From NCBI GenBank assembly GCA_900617105.1, contig UYFQ01000093.1, positions 1 through 64,000 on the forward strand: 64,000 bases of DNA, read 5' to 3'. Each line of letters opens with the position of its first letter. Position 1 is the stretch's first letter. Positions 1 to 15,391 of the stretch are shown here, in pieces. The notes under the pieces were generated by a model, which worked only from the letters and a program-made list of their open reading frames with translations, searched no databases and was not told where the DNA came from. This stretch comes from Hydrurus foetidus (taxonomy: Eukaryota). The position numbers and the translations under genes were made by a program.

Positions 1-172
1 GAATAGAATAGAACAGACAGAACAGAATAGACAGAACAGAACAGAACAGACAGAACAGAACAGAACAGAACAGAACAGAACAAAACAGAACAAAACAGAA
101 CAAAACAAAACAAAACAAAACAAAACAAAACAAAACAAAACAAAACAAAACAAAACAAAACAAAACGAGACA
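1..172. repeat. Compound pentanucleotide microsatellite (GAATA/GAACA/CAAAA)
   Basis: Directly visible 5-bp periodicity with unit drift. Confidence 0.95.
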
Positions 173-370
173 AGATGAAATACAAAAATAAAGAGAAATG
201 AAATGAAAAATGGGAAAAATTGGGTGCGATGATAAAAGTATCGCAGGCAAAATAAGAATAACTAACTTTACATGTAAGAAATACGGACAATAAATGCATC
301 ACAATAATGATCATGATGGTAGTAATAGTAATTACGATAAGAACGAAAATGATGGGTATGGTGACGTACA

Positions 371-2754
371 GCAGGATTATCGCAGTAGAGTGAATGTGCT
401 TCTCCTTGAGTGTTGTCCATCTGTCTGTCCCCCTCCCTCTCTCCCAGACCTAATCCTGGAACTTGGACCGAGATTCCGAGATTTTTATTTTCTATACTGG
501 CTGTTTGCATTGATTGGACAGGTGATATGATTTTCCTGATAAAAATAAAAATAGAAAGAATAATGCAAGAAATGAAAGAAAAAGTGGATAAGAAAAAGCT
601 ATCAAGAAAAAATGCAAGAAGGGAAAAAATAATTGAGGAGTTGATGATGATGACGTCAGCAAGTTACGGCCAGGAAAGTGAAAGATAAAGTGAGGAAGAA
701 AGGACAGTTTAGAGTACAGAACTACCTCTTGAAGCATTGGAGGGAAGAGTTGTGTCAAAAAGTCAAGAAAAACAAGGAATCAGACAAATGTGCAAAATAC
801 AAACTAGGGAAACCCTCACTGCAAACAAAAAGTTGCTCGTCAGTGACTTTCAGTATGAGATTGGTTGAAGACTTACTTTGTCTTTCTCACACCTCCCGTG
901 TCAGCCTCAAAAATCGTTTTGAAAAAAAGTTGAAATTTCACATCAACATCACTGACATTTTCTAAAAATATTTCTCTCACATCTAGGGTAATAAAACGGT
1001 GAAATGTTTAACGGGAATATTAAGCCGCAAAATTGAGTGGCGCAAAAACGAACGAAGTGACAAAAATGAAAAGAAATAAATGTTTTTTAGAAAAGAGTAA
1101 ACGCAGTGAAAGGAAACTATCTTGAAGGACGCATTCGGCAAAATACTCCATTTATTGAATAGAATTACACTGAAATGTGAAATACAGTGAAATATCACGG
1201 AATAAAATTAAATAAAACAGAATTGAACCATATTTGAACCAATAAAATTGAAATAAGATCAGTGTAATTCCATTTCATCCAATCTAATAGAAATACCTTT
1301 TGTGTCAACGAGTTGGACATCTATGTTTGTTTCTTCCGGATGAAATGTCATCGCCCCAATATTGCCCTGACCCCACACGAAAATCTGAAAAAACATAATT
1401 TGAACAAAGTAGATTTAAGAGAGACAGTAAACAGTCACAATAATACACATATGTGTACACAATCGAAAAAACAACTTTATTTCATTATTTTTTTTCCCTT
1501 CCTTTCCCCTCACTCTCTGTAAACTTGACTGGTGCTTAGGTTTTTTACTTACAGCTGATTCAACCTTTCTCTTTCCTTCAGCTAACTCTATCTCTGGTTC
1601 ATACCAATTCTTTTCTCTTCTACTCTCCGATACTTTTCTCTTTTTTCTTTTCTTCTCTTTTCTTCTCTTTTCTTCTCTTTTCTTCTCTTTTCTTCTCTTT
1701 TCTTCTCTTTTCTTTTCTTTTCTTCTCTTTTCTTCTCTTCTCTTCTCTTCTCTTCTCTTCTCTTCTCTTCTCTTCTTTTCTTTTCTTTTCTTTTCTTTTC
1801 TTTTCTTTTCTTTTCTTTTCTTTTCTTTTCTCTTTTTCTTTCTTTTCTTTTCTCTACTCTACTCTACTTATTCTACTCAACTCTACTCTACTCTATTCTA
1901 CTCAACTCAACTCTACTCCACTCCACTTTTCTTTTCTTTCTATTTTCATTCTCTCTCACTTACCGATAGTGACTGCAGTTGTTCAGGCGCTTCGGTATTA
2001 CCCGGCTGTCTCGCATCCGTTATCTTGAGAGATCTCCCGCCAACTGGATAGCATACGATTTTGAGCTTAAATCGGTAGTTCTCAATTTCCTGTGATATTA
2101 AAATGGAAGAATGTTATTAGAAATCAATAGTCAGGAACATTCATTTTAGAGAGGAGTGGAGTGAAGAGGAGAGGAGTGGAAGGGTTAGGGCTATAGAAAT
2201 CAAAATATAGAACAGTACTATTGAATTGAATTCAAGCAAATTCAAATGCAGCTAAAATTTTCCTAGCTCCAGCGATGCCACGAACTATGAGTCTGATACA
2301 TAGCGTAAGTAAACACACAAAATAAAAATGAAACATAATTAAATGTGATAAAATAAAACAAAAAATAAAACACAGTAGATTAAAGCACCTTAGGGGAGAA
2401 TATGATTGTGAGTTTTGTTTCTTCGTTTCCGCGCAACAATCCCTTTAGGGGGTGCACCGTCATTATTCCCATGCAATCTGGATCCAAGATCACTCGGTAT
2501 CGCAACGGAAGTCTGAGGGAAATAAGAAAAAGAGAGAAGAATGAAATAATTAAAATGTAAATAAGAACAGAAGAGTGGAAGAATGACAGTAGAAGTAAAG
2601 ATAGGAAAGGAAGAAAAATGGAAATAGAAGATAAAATAGAAAAGAGTGGGAATTTGAAGGAACTTATAAGGGAAAAAGAATACTGTTGGTCAGATAATTG
2701 ATCGAAGATGTAAATTAAGTAGTGAGTAAGTAAGTGATTAAGTGATTAAATGAT

Positions 2755-2811
<57 letters not shown>

Positions 2812-5800
2812 GTAAGTAAGTAAACAATTAAGTTAACAAGTAAGTAAACAATAAAATGAATGAGCTGGTAGGCGCATAGTAGAGTAAGTCAGCAGCAGCA
2901 ACAACAATCGTGAATTTAAATTCTCTTTACCGGGATCCGTTAAGCACAGTCAAGGGACGGGAAGATGACAGCCCCACACAAGTTGGCTTCAAATAGAAAT
3001 CCCCCAAAGGTCCGTGTGGGGCGGGTCCAGGATCCGCCTTGATTCCTCTTAGAACCGGATAGCGATGAGAGCGAGAAACTGTGTGTGTGTATATGTTAGT
3101 GTTGAGTGCGCTGCTAGTGATGAGAGAAAGGGAGGAGGAATAGGGGGGAGGGAGGGAGATAAAATAGAAGAGGCCATGTGATGGGAGAGGGAGGGAGTGT
3201 AAGAAGGAGGGAGAGAGGATAGCGATGAGAGCGAGAAACTGGGAGGGGTGAGTGTGTGTGGGGTGGGAAATGGTGGGGTGAAGGAAAAAGGGGAGGAGGA
3301 AGGAGAGTAAAGTGAAACAGGGATCAGAGGGAGGACGATGTTAGCGTAGTGGGCGATATAGACAGGATGAGGAGGGACAGTCAAAGAGAGAGAGAGAGAA
3401 GACAAGAGGGCGAGAAGACAAAGAGAGCGAGAGAAAACAAAAGAGAAGACAAGAGAGAAGACAAGAGGGGATGTTGGAAGGAGGGGGATGATTGGCGCAG
3501 TAACATTCAGCGAAAAAAACTAGGAATTTCGATAAAATATGTATGTCTCTATCTATCTATCTGTGTGAGTCTGTTAGAGTGTGTACAGGTATGTTTGTGA
3601 ATGCATGTGTGTGTATGAAAGCATGTGTGTGTGCGTCTGTTCATCTGTCTGTCTGTCTGTGTGTCTGACCTGATTGTGTGCGTACTTCTGCATGATCGTG
3701 TACTGGATAGCCCTCTCCCCCTCCCCCACCCTCTCCCTCATTTTCAGAGTTCAGATGAAGGTTGGAGAGAGATAGAAGGGGAGAAGGAGAAGGAGAAGGA
3801 GAAAGAGAGGAAGATAGTAAAGAGATGTCGGGAAGCGTCAAGAAAGGAGTGGACCCTGAACCTGATTCCAGAAATGTCAGTGAAATGTATTAGTTGAGAA
3901 TAGATGTTCTCTACATGTGGACAATGTTGTGTGCTCTTTACGAGATAAGAGTGATGATGAAAATGGGGGCATCAAAAATGTTGCACAAATTTGACGGAGT
4001 AAATCGAAGGAATTATCAGAACAAAATAAATATCAATTTCAAGAGCGTGAATTCGGTGTTTTTCAGGGAACAAAATCTCCAATTCATACTACATTCTATT
4101 CATTACTGATTTTTGGTGATATATTTGCACGAAATTAAATGTAGACGCGAACTTGTGTTCTCACATAGACGGAGACGTACGTACGTACCTTCTAATATCA
4201 ATTTATCTCCCAGTTCTTCATTCACTGTGCATTTCAATAATGACTGAAACTGAAAATTAAGATGTGAAATACAGATATTGAATAAAGGTAGTGAACAAAA
4301 GAAGAGAAAACAAAGAAAATTCACAAAAGATGACATAGATGGATAAATTCATGATTATTCTGGTGAAGATAATACCAAGACTCCGACATCAACAGAAGAC
4401 ACGATAAAAACACAAAATGCATCGGACAAAATACAATTGGGGTATTTTACTGAGATAAGATGTTTGTCTGACTAACCTTTTTGTTCCCCAGTAGGCCGGG
4501 TGAGAACCGCACACAGACGAGAGCGAAGCTGTCAGCAGGTACCTCCCCTAAAGAAGGAACAGCGGAAAAGGGAGGCAACTCCGCGTCTGGGGTAGGGGAG
4601 GAGGGAGGGAGGGAGGGAAGGAGAAAGAGGGGGAGGGAGGGTAAGAGGGAGGGAGGAAGAAAGAAGGGAAGAAGATAGATGGAAATAGAAAGGGGGTCAG
4701 TGAGGTAGTTTACAAGAGAGGGAGGAGAAGGTGAAAGGTAGGGAAAATTGAGACAGGAAGGGATGGGGAAGGTGGGAAAAGAGCGGTGGGGATGTATAGA
4801 GAAGGTTCAGACACGAGGGATGAAAGAGGGGAAGAAAGAAGGAAGAGATAAGGAAGAAAGAAGGGATTACAAAGAAAGGAAAAACATTGAGAGACAAAAA
4901 TGCAAAAGGAATTTTTGTCATTGGGTGTTACCCTGATCGGTTGCAGACCCAGAACCAGATGTGGAATCAACACCGGATAAAAATTGATCAATTTCAATTT
5001 TAAATGCCGCCGGAAAATTGGAAGTGTTCCTGATCATGATTGTTTGGTAAGTTGATTCTCCTGTATAACAGCACGGAAATACTAATTTCCCCCTTCTTAT
5101 GTTTCCTCCGACTAATTTTGCTTTAGCGAGGAGTTGCCCTGTAGATATTTAAGAATTTTTTGACATCTAATTTGATTCAATTCAATTTGACATTTTATAA
5201 TTCAATGCAATTCGATTCATTTCAATTAAACTAAATTCTGATTTATTTAATTTATTAAACGTACTGACGGCTGATTCTTGTTTAGCACAGTTGACAAGTT
5301 GCGTCAACTCATGATGCATCGTGTTACACTACATCTCAATCTAGTGTATCTTGTCATGACACGTTATTCGTGCTACACTCTGAGACACAATGTCAATTTG
5401 ATAAAAATTTAATCTTGCCGGTAACATTTTATGCAGACTATTTCGTATCATGTAAGAAACAGCAATTTTTACAATGTCTCATCTTGACTTGCTAAATGTC
5501 GGATATAGAGTTCGCTTACCTTGTTGGAATGTGTGACCCAGGGTTCGCACTGCAACACACCAAGGAGGCGTCAAGGTAGAGTCATTCACCAATCTAAAAA
5601 AAGAAAAAAAGATGAGCAAGTAAAAGAAGAAAGGAGACAAGTTGAGATAAGAAATATGGAAAAAGGGGATGAAGAATAGAAAAAGGGGATGAAGAATAGA
5701 AAAAGGGCACATAGATAGAGAAAAATAGAATGGAATGAAGTCAAGTACAGTATAGTGCGCAAGTACGTACCTGAACGTTCTCTGACTTTTAAAACTAATT

Positions 5801-8800
5801 GTTGCTTCCAATTCGCTGACGAAATTTCGGTTACTTTGAGTGGGAGCAAAAATTACACGGAAAACAAATGATTTTCCGGAAATGATTTCAGCCGTCATTG
5901 GAGACACTAAAAAAGTATGTAAAGAAAAGTTACAAAATTAAGCAAAATAAGAAACAAATGAAAAAAATTAAAAGTCATACAAAACAAAGAATCAAGTTTG
6001 TTAGTGAAAGAGTAGTTTATATAATTAATAATAAACATGTCAAAATTTTAAAGAGATCATAATTCATATCACTAGTGAGGAAGTTAGAAGCAACAGAGAA
6101 ATTCCTTCCTACACTTAATCGTTTAGAAATGTAATAAGAAACAAAAATAAGAATAGATCAATCAATCAGTCGATGATTGATCAAGAAATCAGCATCGATT
6201 GATTGATTGATCTAATCAACAAGTGATTTAATAAATAGCAATTAGAAAAACTACTGAACAGATTATTTTACCTTCAAAATCTCGAGTTACAACATTTTCA
6301 TTTTCGTCATCATTATTATTTCCAATTCGTCTCCTCCCATCTAACGAAATCCGTTCACTACCTCTTTCACTACCACTTTCTTCGTTTTTCCTCTCATATG
6401 AACTATTGGGTATGTGCCAATTTACGATGACTTTTCCGTTTGTGTTATTATTCATAATTATCATTTGAGCCTCTGAGAATAACGAATTTTAAATTTTAAA
6501 TAAGAAAAATGAGTTTATATGTGACAATCATATCTATTAGTTTGACAAACAGTGATGTAATGTAATGTAATGTAATTGTAGAAGACAAAAAAGTCTTGAC
6601 GGTGATAGTATCAGAATAAAATTGATTCTTTCTTGTTTTACCGGATTTAATCGTGTGTGGCGTGAATCCGAAATCCAGCGATGTCGTGCTTACGGTTATT
6701 TCCCTGCAAAATAATCGCAGCAAAAAGAGGGAAATTGCAGCAAATGAAAATATATCTCGGGAAAAGAAACGATAGAATAGACGAGAGATATAGTTGTAAA
6801 AACTGTTTAGAAAATAGAAAAAAAAAATAGATGCATTGATGAATAAATTCGTTTGTAGAAACACGGAAAATTGAAGAAAAAACATTCATAAACAAAATCA
6901 CAAAAATACAAATACATACTGTCAAAATATTAGGAACCAATTGCTGTTTGAGAGAGAATTAGTATAAATGTCTTGAGGAGGGATCGTGGACCTGGATGTG
7001 GAATCTGTGTCGGACACGAACATTTCGTGAGCAGGGGCGATGCACACTCTATTAGTCTCCCCTGTGGTTAGGGAGAGAAAGAAAGAGAGGAAAAGGAGGG
7101 ATAAAGAGGAAGGAAAGAGAGGATTAGGAGGGAAAAAGAGGAAGGAGAAGAGATGGAAAGGTAGGAAGGAGAGGAAAGGGAAAGGGAGGAAAAGGGAAGA
7201 AAAGAGTGGTAGTGAGTGGTAAAATATGAGGTAACATCTCTCACGGTGTTCCAACAAAGACATCTCTTAAAATTTCTATTCGGTTTGAAACACAATTTCT
7301 CTTTCAGATATTTATCAAATTTAGATGTTCTATCGATCAGAAAATTTAAATATCCAATTTTAAATATCGAGTCACTTTCGTACATCAATTCAACTTTAGA
7401 TAACTATTCAGTTCAAATAATAATTCTGACTTCAATTGGTTTTTTTACCTGTTCTTGTCATAGGATTCTGTATGGCAGTTACGGAAATTGCTCTAGTTCC
7501 GTTTAAACCGATTTGAGCAAAGAAATTAGTCTGGGAAAAAAAACATAAAATGAGACAAAATTAGGGAGTTGCAAAATTCGATATCTGGAAAAAACAAAAA
7601 ATAGGAAAAGAAACTGGAATTCAGGAGGTATATACTTAAGTTTGATGTTTTTCGATATTTGTCGATATGCTACGATTTGATATTTGTACCACATGAAATG
7701 GAAATTATTTAGTACCACATTACGCTGTATTATCGCAGGACATTATATAACACAATACTGCAGAATATTATGTAACGCAATACTGCAGAATATTATGTAA
7801 CGCAAAACGAGATAATACAAAATGGAGTGAGAAAGCATGATATAACACAATACAATACAATACAATACAATACAATACAATACAATACAATACAATACAA
7901 TACAATACAATACAATACAATACAATACAATGCACAATACAATACAATACAATACAATACAATACAATACAATACAATACAATACAATACAATACAATAC
8001 AATACAATACAATGCAATACAATACAATGCAATACAATACAATGCAATGCAATACAGTACAGTTACAATACAACACAATGCAATACAATACAATACAACA
8101 TAATACAATACAATACAATACAATACAATACAATACAATACAATACAATACAATATAATGCGGTGCAACGCAACACAACACAATACAATACAACACAACA
8201 CAACACAACACAACACAATGCAATACAGTGCAATACAATACAAAACAAAACAAAACAACACAACACAACACAACACAATACAATACAATACAACACAACA
8301 CAACACAACACAATACAATACAATACAACACAATGCGGTGCAATGCAACACAAAACGATTTGAAATCTTCTTACGCAGCAGAACACAATGTAACATAAGT
8401 CAATTTCAAATTTTAGTAAAGTTCCACAGCCACAGTCACAAAAGGTAATCCTTACAAAAAAGGAAAATACGAAAAATCGATGTTAAATCCATACGTTGTG
8501 ATTTCTCTGTTCCAAGAGTACGTCTAATTCGTCTGGATTCAGAGATCCAAGATTTCTGAGAGATCGATTACGATACGCCTGAAGGTAGTGAAAAGAGGTA
8601 GAGGGAAAGGGAGTTGACGACACAGCTGGATGCAGAATAAGAATTACGATAAACAGAAATTTGTTAAAGATGAATATCTTACTATTCCTTACCATTCCCA
8701 TCATTGCATAGTTACGATTCAGTAGAGGCCAGCATGGGAATTAAAACACGATGAAATTAAAATCAATTGGGAGTCATTACACAAAACAAAAGGAGAAACT

Positions 8801-11800
8801 CGATATAGCCTTCTACAATTTCAAATTGAAACAATTAAATCAATTCTAAAAAGCTTTCTTCAAATATGACAGGATCGTGGATCTGTATTCCAGACCTGAC
8901 CTAACCTGGATGTGTGCGTGTCTGAGTGGCGCTGGTCGCTGTTCCTTTATCTCCCCCTGGGGAGATAAATAAAATAGATGACTTGAGTGATGCACATTGT
9001 AGTATGTACATACGAGGAGGGGAGGAAAGAAAACAGAAAAGAAGAGAGTCGAAGGAAAGAAGAGAGACATACAGAGAGAGATTGTAGAGAAAGGAAGAGA
9101 AGAGAAGAGAAGAGAAGAGAAGGGAAGAGAAGAGACAAGAAGAGAAGGGAAGGGAAGAGAAGAAACAAGAAGGGAAGAGAAGGGAACGGAAGAAAAGAAG
9201 AGGGATAAGAGGATATAAAATAAGGTGAGAGGTGATGAGTTGCCATGAGGAGTCCTTTCCAGATGAACCATAAAAACCAGGAACAATGCTGTACAATTTC
9301 GAAAATAAAAAGCAGTGCAACTCAAACAAATTATGATATATTGTTAATGCACGTACACGCAGTAGGTCTGTACAAAAAAGTACACGATTTTTCAACATAT
9401 AAATACAAAATCATACGCAGTTTTTTTACAAGATAGGGTATTTTCTCTGCTGCATTAAGCAAAGCATAATAGAGTATAAAATCATTCAACCCTTCAAGCA
9501 CTGATAGGCAGTACATCTAAATGTATAATGAAGTACTGTCAACAAATAATTTAGACACATGTACATACATAACACAAGTAACGGACCTTGGGTCGAATGA
9601 ATCCGCTACCCAATGCATCGTAGAAAATCGGTAGAGCATTATCCAATAAAATGAAAACTCGTCGATAATAATTAATTGGCCGAAGTGGAGAAAAAACGAT
9701 CCTACAAGGAAAGTAGAAAAAAGAAGAAAAAGAAGAAAAAGAAGAAGAAAGTGAAATAAAGAAGGACAAAAAAGGACAGAAAAGAAAAGTACAAGTTAAG
9801 CAATGGATGATGATAACAATACTGATTTAGGAAGTATTCTCATAGGTGGAATTTCTCAATGTGAGATAGTGGAATAATTAGGACAAACATTAGTACGCCA
9901 TAAATGAAATAGTTGAGTACACACACGAATGACGAATTCTGATCACAATAAATTAACATTGCAACTAGTGATACGTCAAGATTAAAAAAGATCACGAAGT
10001 ACTAACGGAAGATTGAAGGCAATAGCATAAAATGGACAGAATACCACATGAATTATAGTCCATCATTGACACACCTGATAGGCAACCCATCACACATAGG
10101 CGGTATGATTCCTTGTTTCGATGCGATCTGAAAAACCCCTCCCTCCTCCGCTACGACACAATAGTAACTTTCTTTCAACGAATTATTCTTTAGATAAATT
10201 ACTCTAGTCTCCGATTTACCGATTTCCAAATCTCGGAAATTTATGGAGTTTGAGGGGGAGCCTTCGAAAAATCCGTTATTTTGAGTGACTGACGGATCCG
10301 ACACTATCACGGAAATAAGAAAATTTCGGTGATTTGAATACAAAGTAGATGAAGAGAGTTCGAGACTCGCAGCAATGAAGAATATTTGGAATTTGAAAAG
10401 TACAGCATTGACAGTCTTGAGGAAGAGACGCGAAGAGGGACACGCAACAAATAGCGCCAATCGAGACAGACAGACGGACAGATATGCGATACTGTCGTCT
10501 TGAATTGATTTCCATTTCCAGTTATGTCCCACCTATCTAATCTCTGTCACAACTCTTTCTTTTCTGCTTCAATTTCTCCTTTCCTTCACTCCCACTTTTC
10601 CCCCCTCCTTCTCTCATCATCACAATGATCATCACAATAGCTACTGATCATAATCATCGTCATCAACGTGATCATCACCTCTACAAACCATCAAAACCTT
10701 CCACTATCATCTCACCATCCCTATCCGTACCCCCATCTGCCCACGATCCCAGTCACCATTCACTTCTTTTCCCTTCACTTCCTAACTACCCACTTCTTAA
10801 CTCTTCACTCCTCCATTCTTACCAGTGCTTGAGAATTCAATCGGAACGGACGAAGAATGTTCCTTGTACAGCTCCACCTTACACGGAGTGCTCAGAGCCG
10901 TTAGAGTGAGAGTGGTGACGCACAGATCCACGGTCTGGAAAGAATAACGCTCCAGCGAAAACGTTCCTGTGGGGAAAGTGATAAAAAAATAATAAATGAA
11001 TGAACAAAATAAAGTAGGAAAATAAAACAAGATAGAAAAAATAAAATAAAATGGAACAAAGAATTGAAGTTCAATATAATGAATGTAGGGAATATAATTA
11101 AGAGATATAAAGAGGTAGAAATTGAACAGATACGGCGATTGTGGAGGGATGCAGTAAGCGCTAGTAGGCATCTAAAGGGGTCGAGCGAAGAGGAGGAATA
11201 GGGTGGATCCAAGTTCACTTTTTAAGTATGGAATGAAACGTGCGATAATCGATTGAAAAAGAGGGAAAGAATGAAGATATAGACACGTGCGCACTTGAAA
11301 ATGTTTATAATAGAAGGCTTGAGGAGAGGAAGATAGAAAATGAATTTACAAATAAACAAAGAAAAACGAAAGATAGGGAAAAAGGAATAAATAGATAAAC
11401 TGGGAATTAGAAATGAAAAGAGAAATATAGGAGAAAATGATATCGCTAAATTAAATATACTGGAAGTCTGATTTTCTTACGGACGGACCTGGCGCAAGTG
11501 AAGCGTACGTTACGGTGACTGTAACAAATCCCTTCGGGGGAATTGTGCCTTCAATGAAAGAAAAATGAAAAATGAAAAAAAGAAAGAGAAAAAAGGTTAA
11601 CAACATGTGTTGACAATTATTGACAAATAACAAATAATAAATTCTTAAAATGCCTTATGTAATATTTCCTACGTACTTACCCTGTTTTGGATTAACTTCA
11701 AATACTTCGTCTCTGTCATTTTCATGCCGCAACAATTGAAAATCCGCTGGAACAACACTGGGGAACGGAAGAAAAAAAGCAGGGAACGAATGGGGTGAAA

Positions 11801-14800
11801 AAGGTACGAGAAGAAAGAGCAGTAAAGAATGAAGGAAAAGAAGCAGAGAGAAATAAAAGGAGGAAGGAGAGGACAGAAAAAGGACGGGAATGACGAGTGT
11901 GAAAGTAGAAGACTTGAGAAGGGAGGGAATGGGAACGACAAGAAAATTAGAAACCGAGTGGATGGACGAGATGAGAGTTCAATGAGTGGTAATATCACTA
12001 CCGAGCAGGGGGCATATTTCATATCGCTTCACTCAATGATCAGAGTGCACAACTGAAATAGTTCACGGAAATTGAATCCGTGATTTTCACCTGTCATTTC
12101 TAAGCAGAACTTCTTTCACGGTTTTAGAAGCGGGTGTACCGCTTAAAATTTCACCGAATTTTATTTCAGATTCGGATAAAGCTAAGAAAAATACAGAACA
12201 CAGAATACAGAATACAGATCATCATGTGCTTGATAGGAAATAGGAAGAAGAACAATTTTCACATGAAGGATTTAGTGATATAAATTTGAAATTGCTACGA
12301 AAAGAAAAATCAATCTGTTCATGTTTTTATATGAGTGAAATTTCGCTGAGAAAGATATCTCCATTTTCATGAAAAAATCAATCCTTACTGTCAAAAAAAG
12401 GAACGTTTCTATTGTAACGTGTCAGAAACGACATTAAGATTAAATAATGTGAATGGCGTACTTATAAAAGAGTACTTCCCAATAGCGCTGAACTTCGTAC
12501 TAATTATCGGATCCTTAATAATCGCATTTACGCCTAAAACAACGAAATTTAAAATTGTTAAAATAGAGAGAAAATTCGTAGGAAATTACGACTTAAGTGT
12601 AACACTGAAATATTTCCGTCACAGATGTCGGACATGGGGAGTGAATAAGTCGATTTATGCAGAAATAGATAAATACTTTTAATTGCATGGAAATAGTACG
12701 TATTTGTACACACAAGGACGCAAACATACACGCACCCACATACACACACACATGCACACACACACACATACACATACACACACAAACGCACCACACACTT
12801 TCATGCACACACACTCACACACACACACACACACATACATACACACACTTTCATGCACACACAAACACACACACACACACACATGTACATACATACGAAC
12901 TGCACACTAACCTTCCCCCACACGGCATGTTGCTTCGGAAACAAAAACCGATGCGTCTGTCGGGCAGATGCTAACTCTCACTTCCTGACTTCCTTTGCCA
13001 GGTATAATTCCTGCGCACCAAATATGTCGATTTAGTAGTCATACATATCCACTAAGAATAGATTACAGTATCTTGCACCACAGTGCTTCAATTGTGTGAA
13101 TTTAAAGGCACCAATTCACAGTGTTGCTCTCCTCTATTTCCGTTGTTATTACCATAACAATCAAACAAACATGATCACTTAATCCATATATTAAAATAAA
13201 GTACACTTAAAATGCTAATATTTTCATATTCATTATTATTTTCGTATTCTCCACTGCATTCCTTTCCACTTTCACATTTATTTTGATTTCAACTTACCTT
13301 TCGAAGGTTCGAGTGAGAAAGGGTGGGGAACGGACCAGCAGTACGGCGCATCCACCTCACCCGTGTTCAACATCGTGAATGTCGCACTAAATTGTAAAAT
13401 GAAGATAACTAAATTTACGTGTAATGACATTTAATGTTATTATACTGATGAAGAATTACAGCATCGACAAAAATAAAGATTTGGAGAAAAAAATCTATGG
13501 GAAAATTAACAATAAAAACGGTTTCGCATTAATAATAAAAAAGTTCAAATCATAGAAACGGCAAATTGATAAGTAAGAGACTCAGATTGTATAATGTGAG
13601 GTCTTTTAATAAGATAATAAGCTGAATACGATGAAATGTGTATTCAGTCGTGCCTACTAGTACTCTACATAATCGGATAATTGACTTATTGGTCACGACT
13701 AAAAAAGAAACTTCATGCACATAATCAAATAAACAAGGATTATGCTAACAAAGAACAGAACTGCGATGAAAGCTATCAAACAGAAGTCATGCCACACCAC
13801 ACCACACCACACCACGCCACACCACACCACATCACAGCACACCACACCACACCACACCACACCACATCACACCACACCACATCACATCACAGCACAGCAC
13901 ACCACACCACACCACACCACATCACCCGAACAGCACAGCACAGCACAGCACACCACGCCACACCACACCACATGCACACCACACACGCCATCACCACAGC
14001 ACACCACATTAACTTGGCCACACCACACCACCCACATCACCACACCACACCACCACATCACCACACACACCGCACACACACACACTTACTGCCACACCAC
14101 GCCTACACACCACGCACCACCTGCCAGCACAGCATCACAGCACAGCACAGCACAGCACAGCCACACTCACACCACACCACACCATTCCACCCTCCATTCC
14201 ATTCCATTCACATCCACACCACACTCCATTCCATTCCATTCCATTCCATTCCATTCCCACATTCCATTCCATTCACATCCCTTCCACTTCCTCCATCACA
14301 CCACACACATCGCACCACACCACACCACATCCGTCCATCCATCACACCACAACTCCACCCATCCACCACACATCCATTCCTTTTTCTTTCCATCGCACCA
14401 CATCACATCACATTACATGGCACGATGCTATATCTTTCGATATGATGTCATCTAATCTACACGACTTAATTCTCAGAGGCAGAAAATTTCAGAATGCACG
14501 GCATGTTGTGTGTCGTATGATCTCCCCTTCAAAATGACGCACGAATAGTACAAGATTTCTGAGACAGGAAACATGCACTGTCGAGGTCACTACTAAAGAG
14601 GAATACAATATTTTCTCACTCAAAAATGACTGCTGAGAACAATTTTATCGCTCTACTTCTTAAATATGCTTTAAGAAAATCCTCAAGACTACTGTTTTGT
14701 TTTGACTTGAACAATATCAGAACAGAACAGATCAGATCAGATGAAACAGAATCAGTCAAACAAATAAATTGACAGACACGCGCATCACCATCATTGATAA

Positions 14801-15391
14801 GCAGTACACTAAATTCAATTTGTAATGTACATAACAATATGATTGTCTCACGTAGGTCAGATCTGAAAGACTGTTCTCATCCAAAAATTCAATCATTTCA
14901 TTCTGGCCTAGTCGTTTAGCGACTGACCTGGTTGTCTGACGCGCTGTGCAGAATCCTAGATCCACACCAAAAGGAGTGGTGACAACAAGCTTCGAGATCA
15001 TTGCTCTCACTGGCACGTGAAATCCTCCACTATTCAATCCTTCTTGCATTCTTACGAGGATAAAGTCATCGTAAGGACTCAACTCTAGCGGTCGGAATAT
15101 CACATCTACTTCCTGGAACATTCCAGGCGACAATACAATGACTTCTGGATAAGCCATCGAGAAAAACCTCGATGTTGGGAGTTTATACTTAAACTTCTTC
15201 ACAACCGAGCTGACATTACGGAATATCAGTTTCTGAACATATTCACCCCCAGGTTGCCATTGACCAGCCCTGAAAGCTATGCCATCACCTGATGGTCCAA
15301 CACATTCTAGCCCATATCGTTTTATTCTTTCAATTGGATTGAGGATTTCAACTTTGATAGTTGCAGAACCCAAAGTAGCAGTAGACATCAT
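371..15391 (-). CDS. CFAP65: Cilia- and flagella-associated protein 65 (CCDC108) homolog; many exons, 3' end probably beyond the left edge of the window
   Basis: Exon 1 (15391-14928) encodes [46 protein letters not shown]...[13 protein letters not shown], matching the CFAP65 N-terminal pattern. Exon 2 (~13388-13298) continues [29 protein letters not shown]. Further GT-AG-bounded exons give ASH/PapD-like repeats ([22 protein letters not shown] ~10250-10180; [18 protein letters not shown] ~982-893). The last exon I can see is ~448-371. Confidence 0.85.
1633..1945. repeat. Compound pentanucleotide microsatellite (CTTTT/CTCTT/CTACT), intronic
   Basis: Directly visible; lies in a CFAP65 intron. 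Confidence 0.95.
2717..2850. repeat. (TAAG)n tetranucleotide microsatellite
   Basis: Directly visible; intronic. Confidence 0.95.
7846..8352. repeat. Compound pentanucleotide microsatellite (CAATA/CAACA/CAATG/CAAAA)
   Basis: Directly visible; explains the YCIVL/QYNTI repeat ORFs in the ORF track. Confidence 0.97.
12720..12892. repeat. Imperfect (CA)n microsatellite
   Basis: Directly visible, next to a CFAP65 splice donor. Confidence 0.9.
13791..14412. repeat. Degenerate pentanucleotide satellite (CACAC/CACAG/CACAT/CATTC)
   Basis: Directly visible in CFAP65 intron 1; explains the His/Thr/Pro-rich ORFs. Confidence 0.92.

Noticed and set aside
3057..3241. 25-bp direct repeat 160 bp apart, plus short tandem duplications near 5660, 7753, 25670 and 31487
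   Set aside because: Ordinary slippage-type duplications with no spacer array; not CRISPR-like.
7743..8448. Cys-rich and QYNTI-repeat ORFs in several frames
   Set aside because: Translations of an intronic pentanucleotide microsatellite.
13681..14455. His/Thr/Pro-rich 254-aa and 237-aa ORFs
   Set aside because: Translations of a degenerate CACAC satellite antisense to CFAP65 intron 1.
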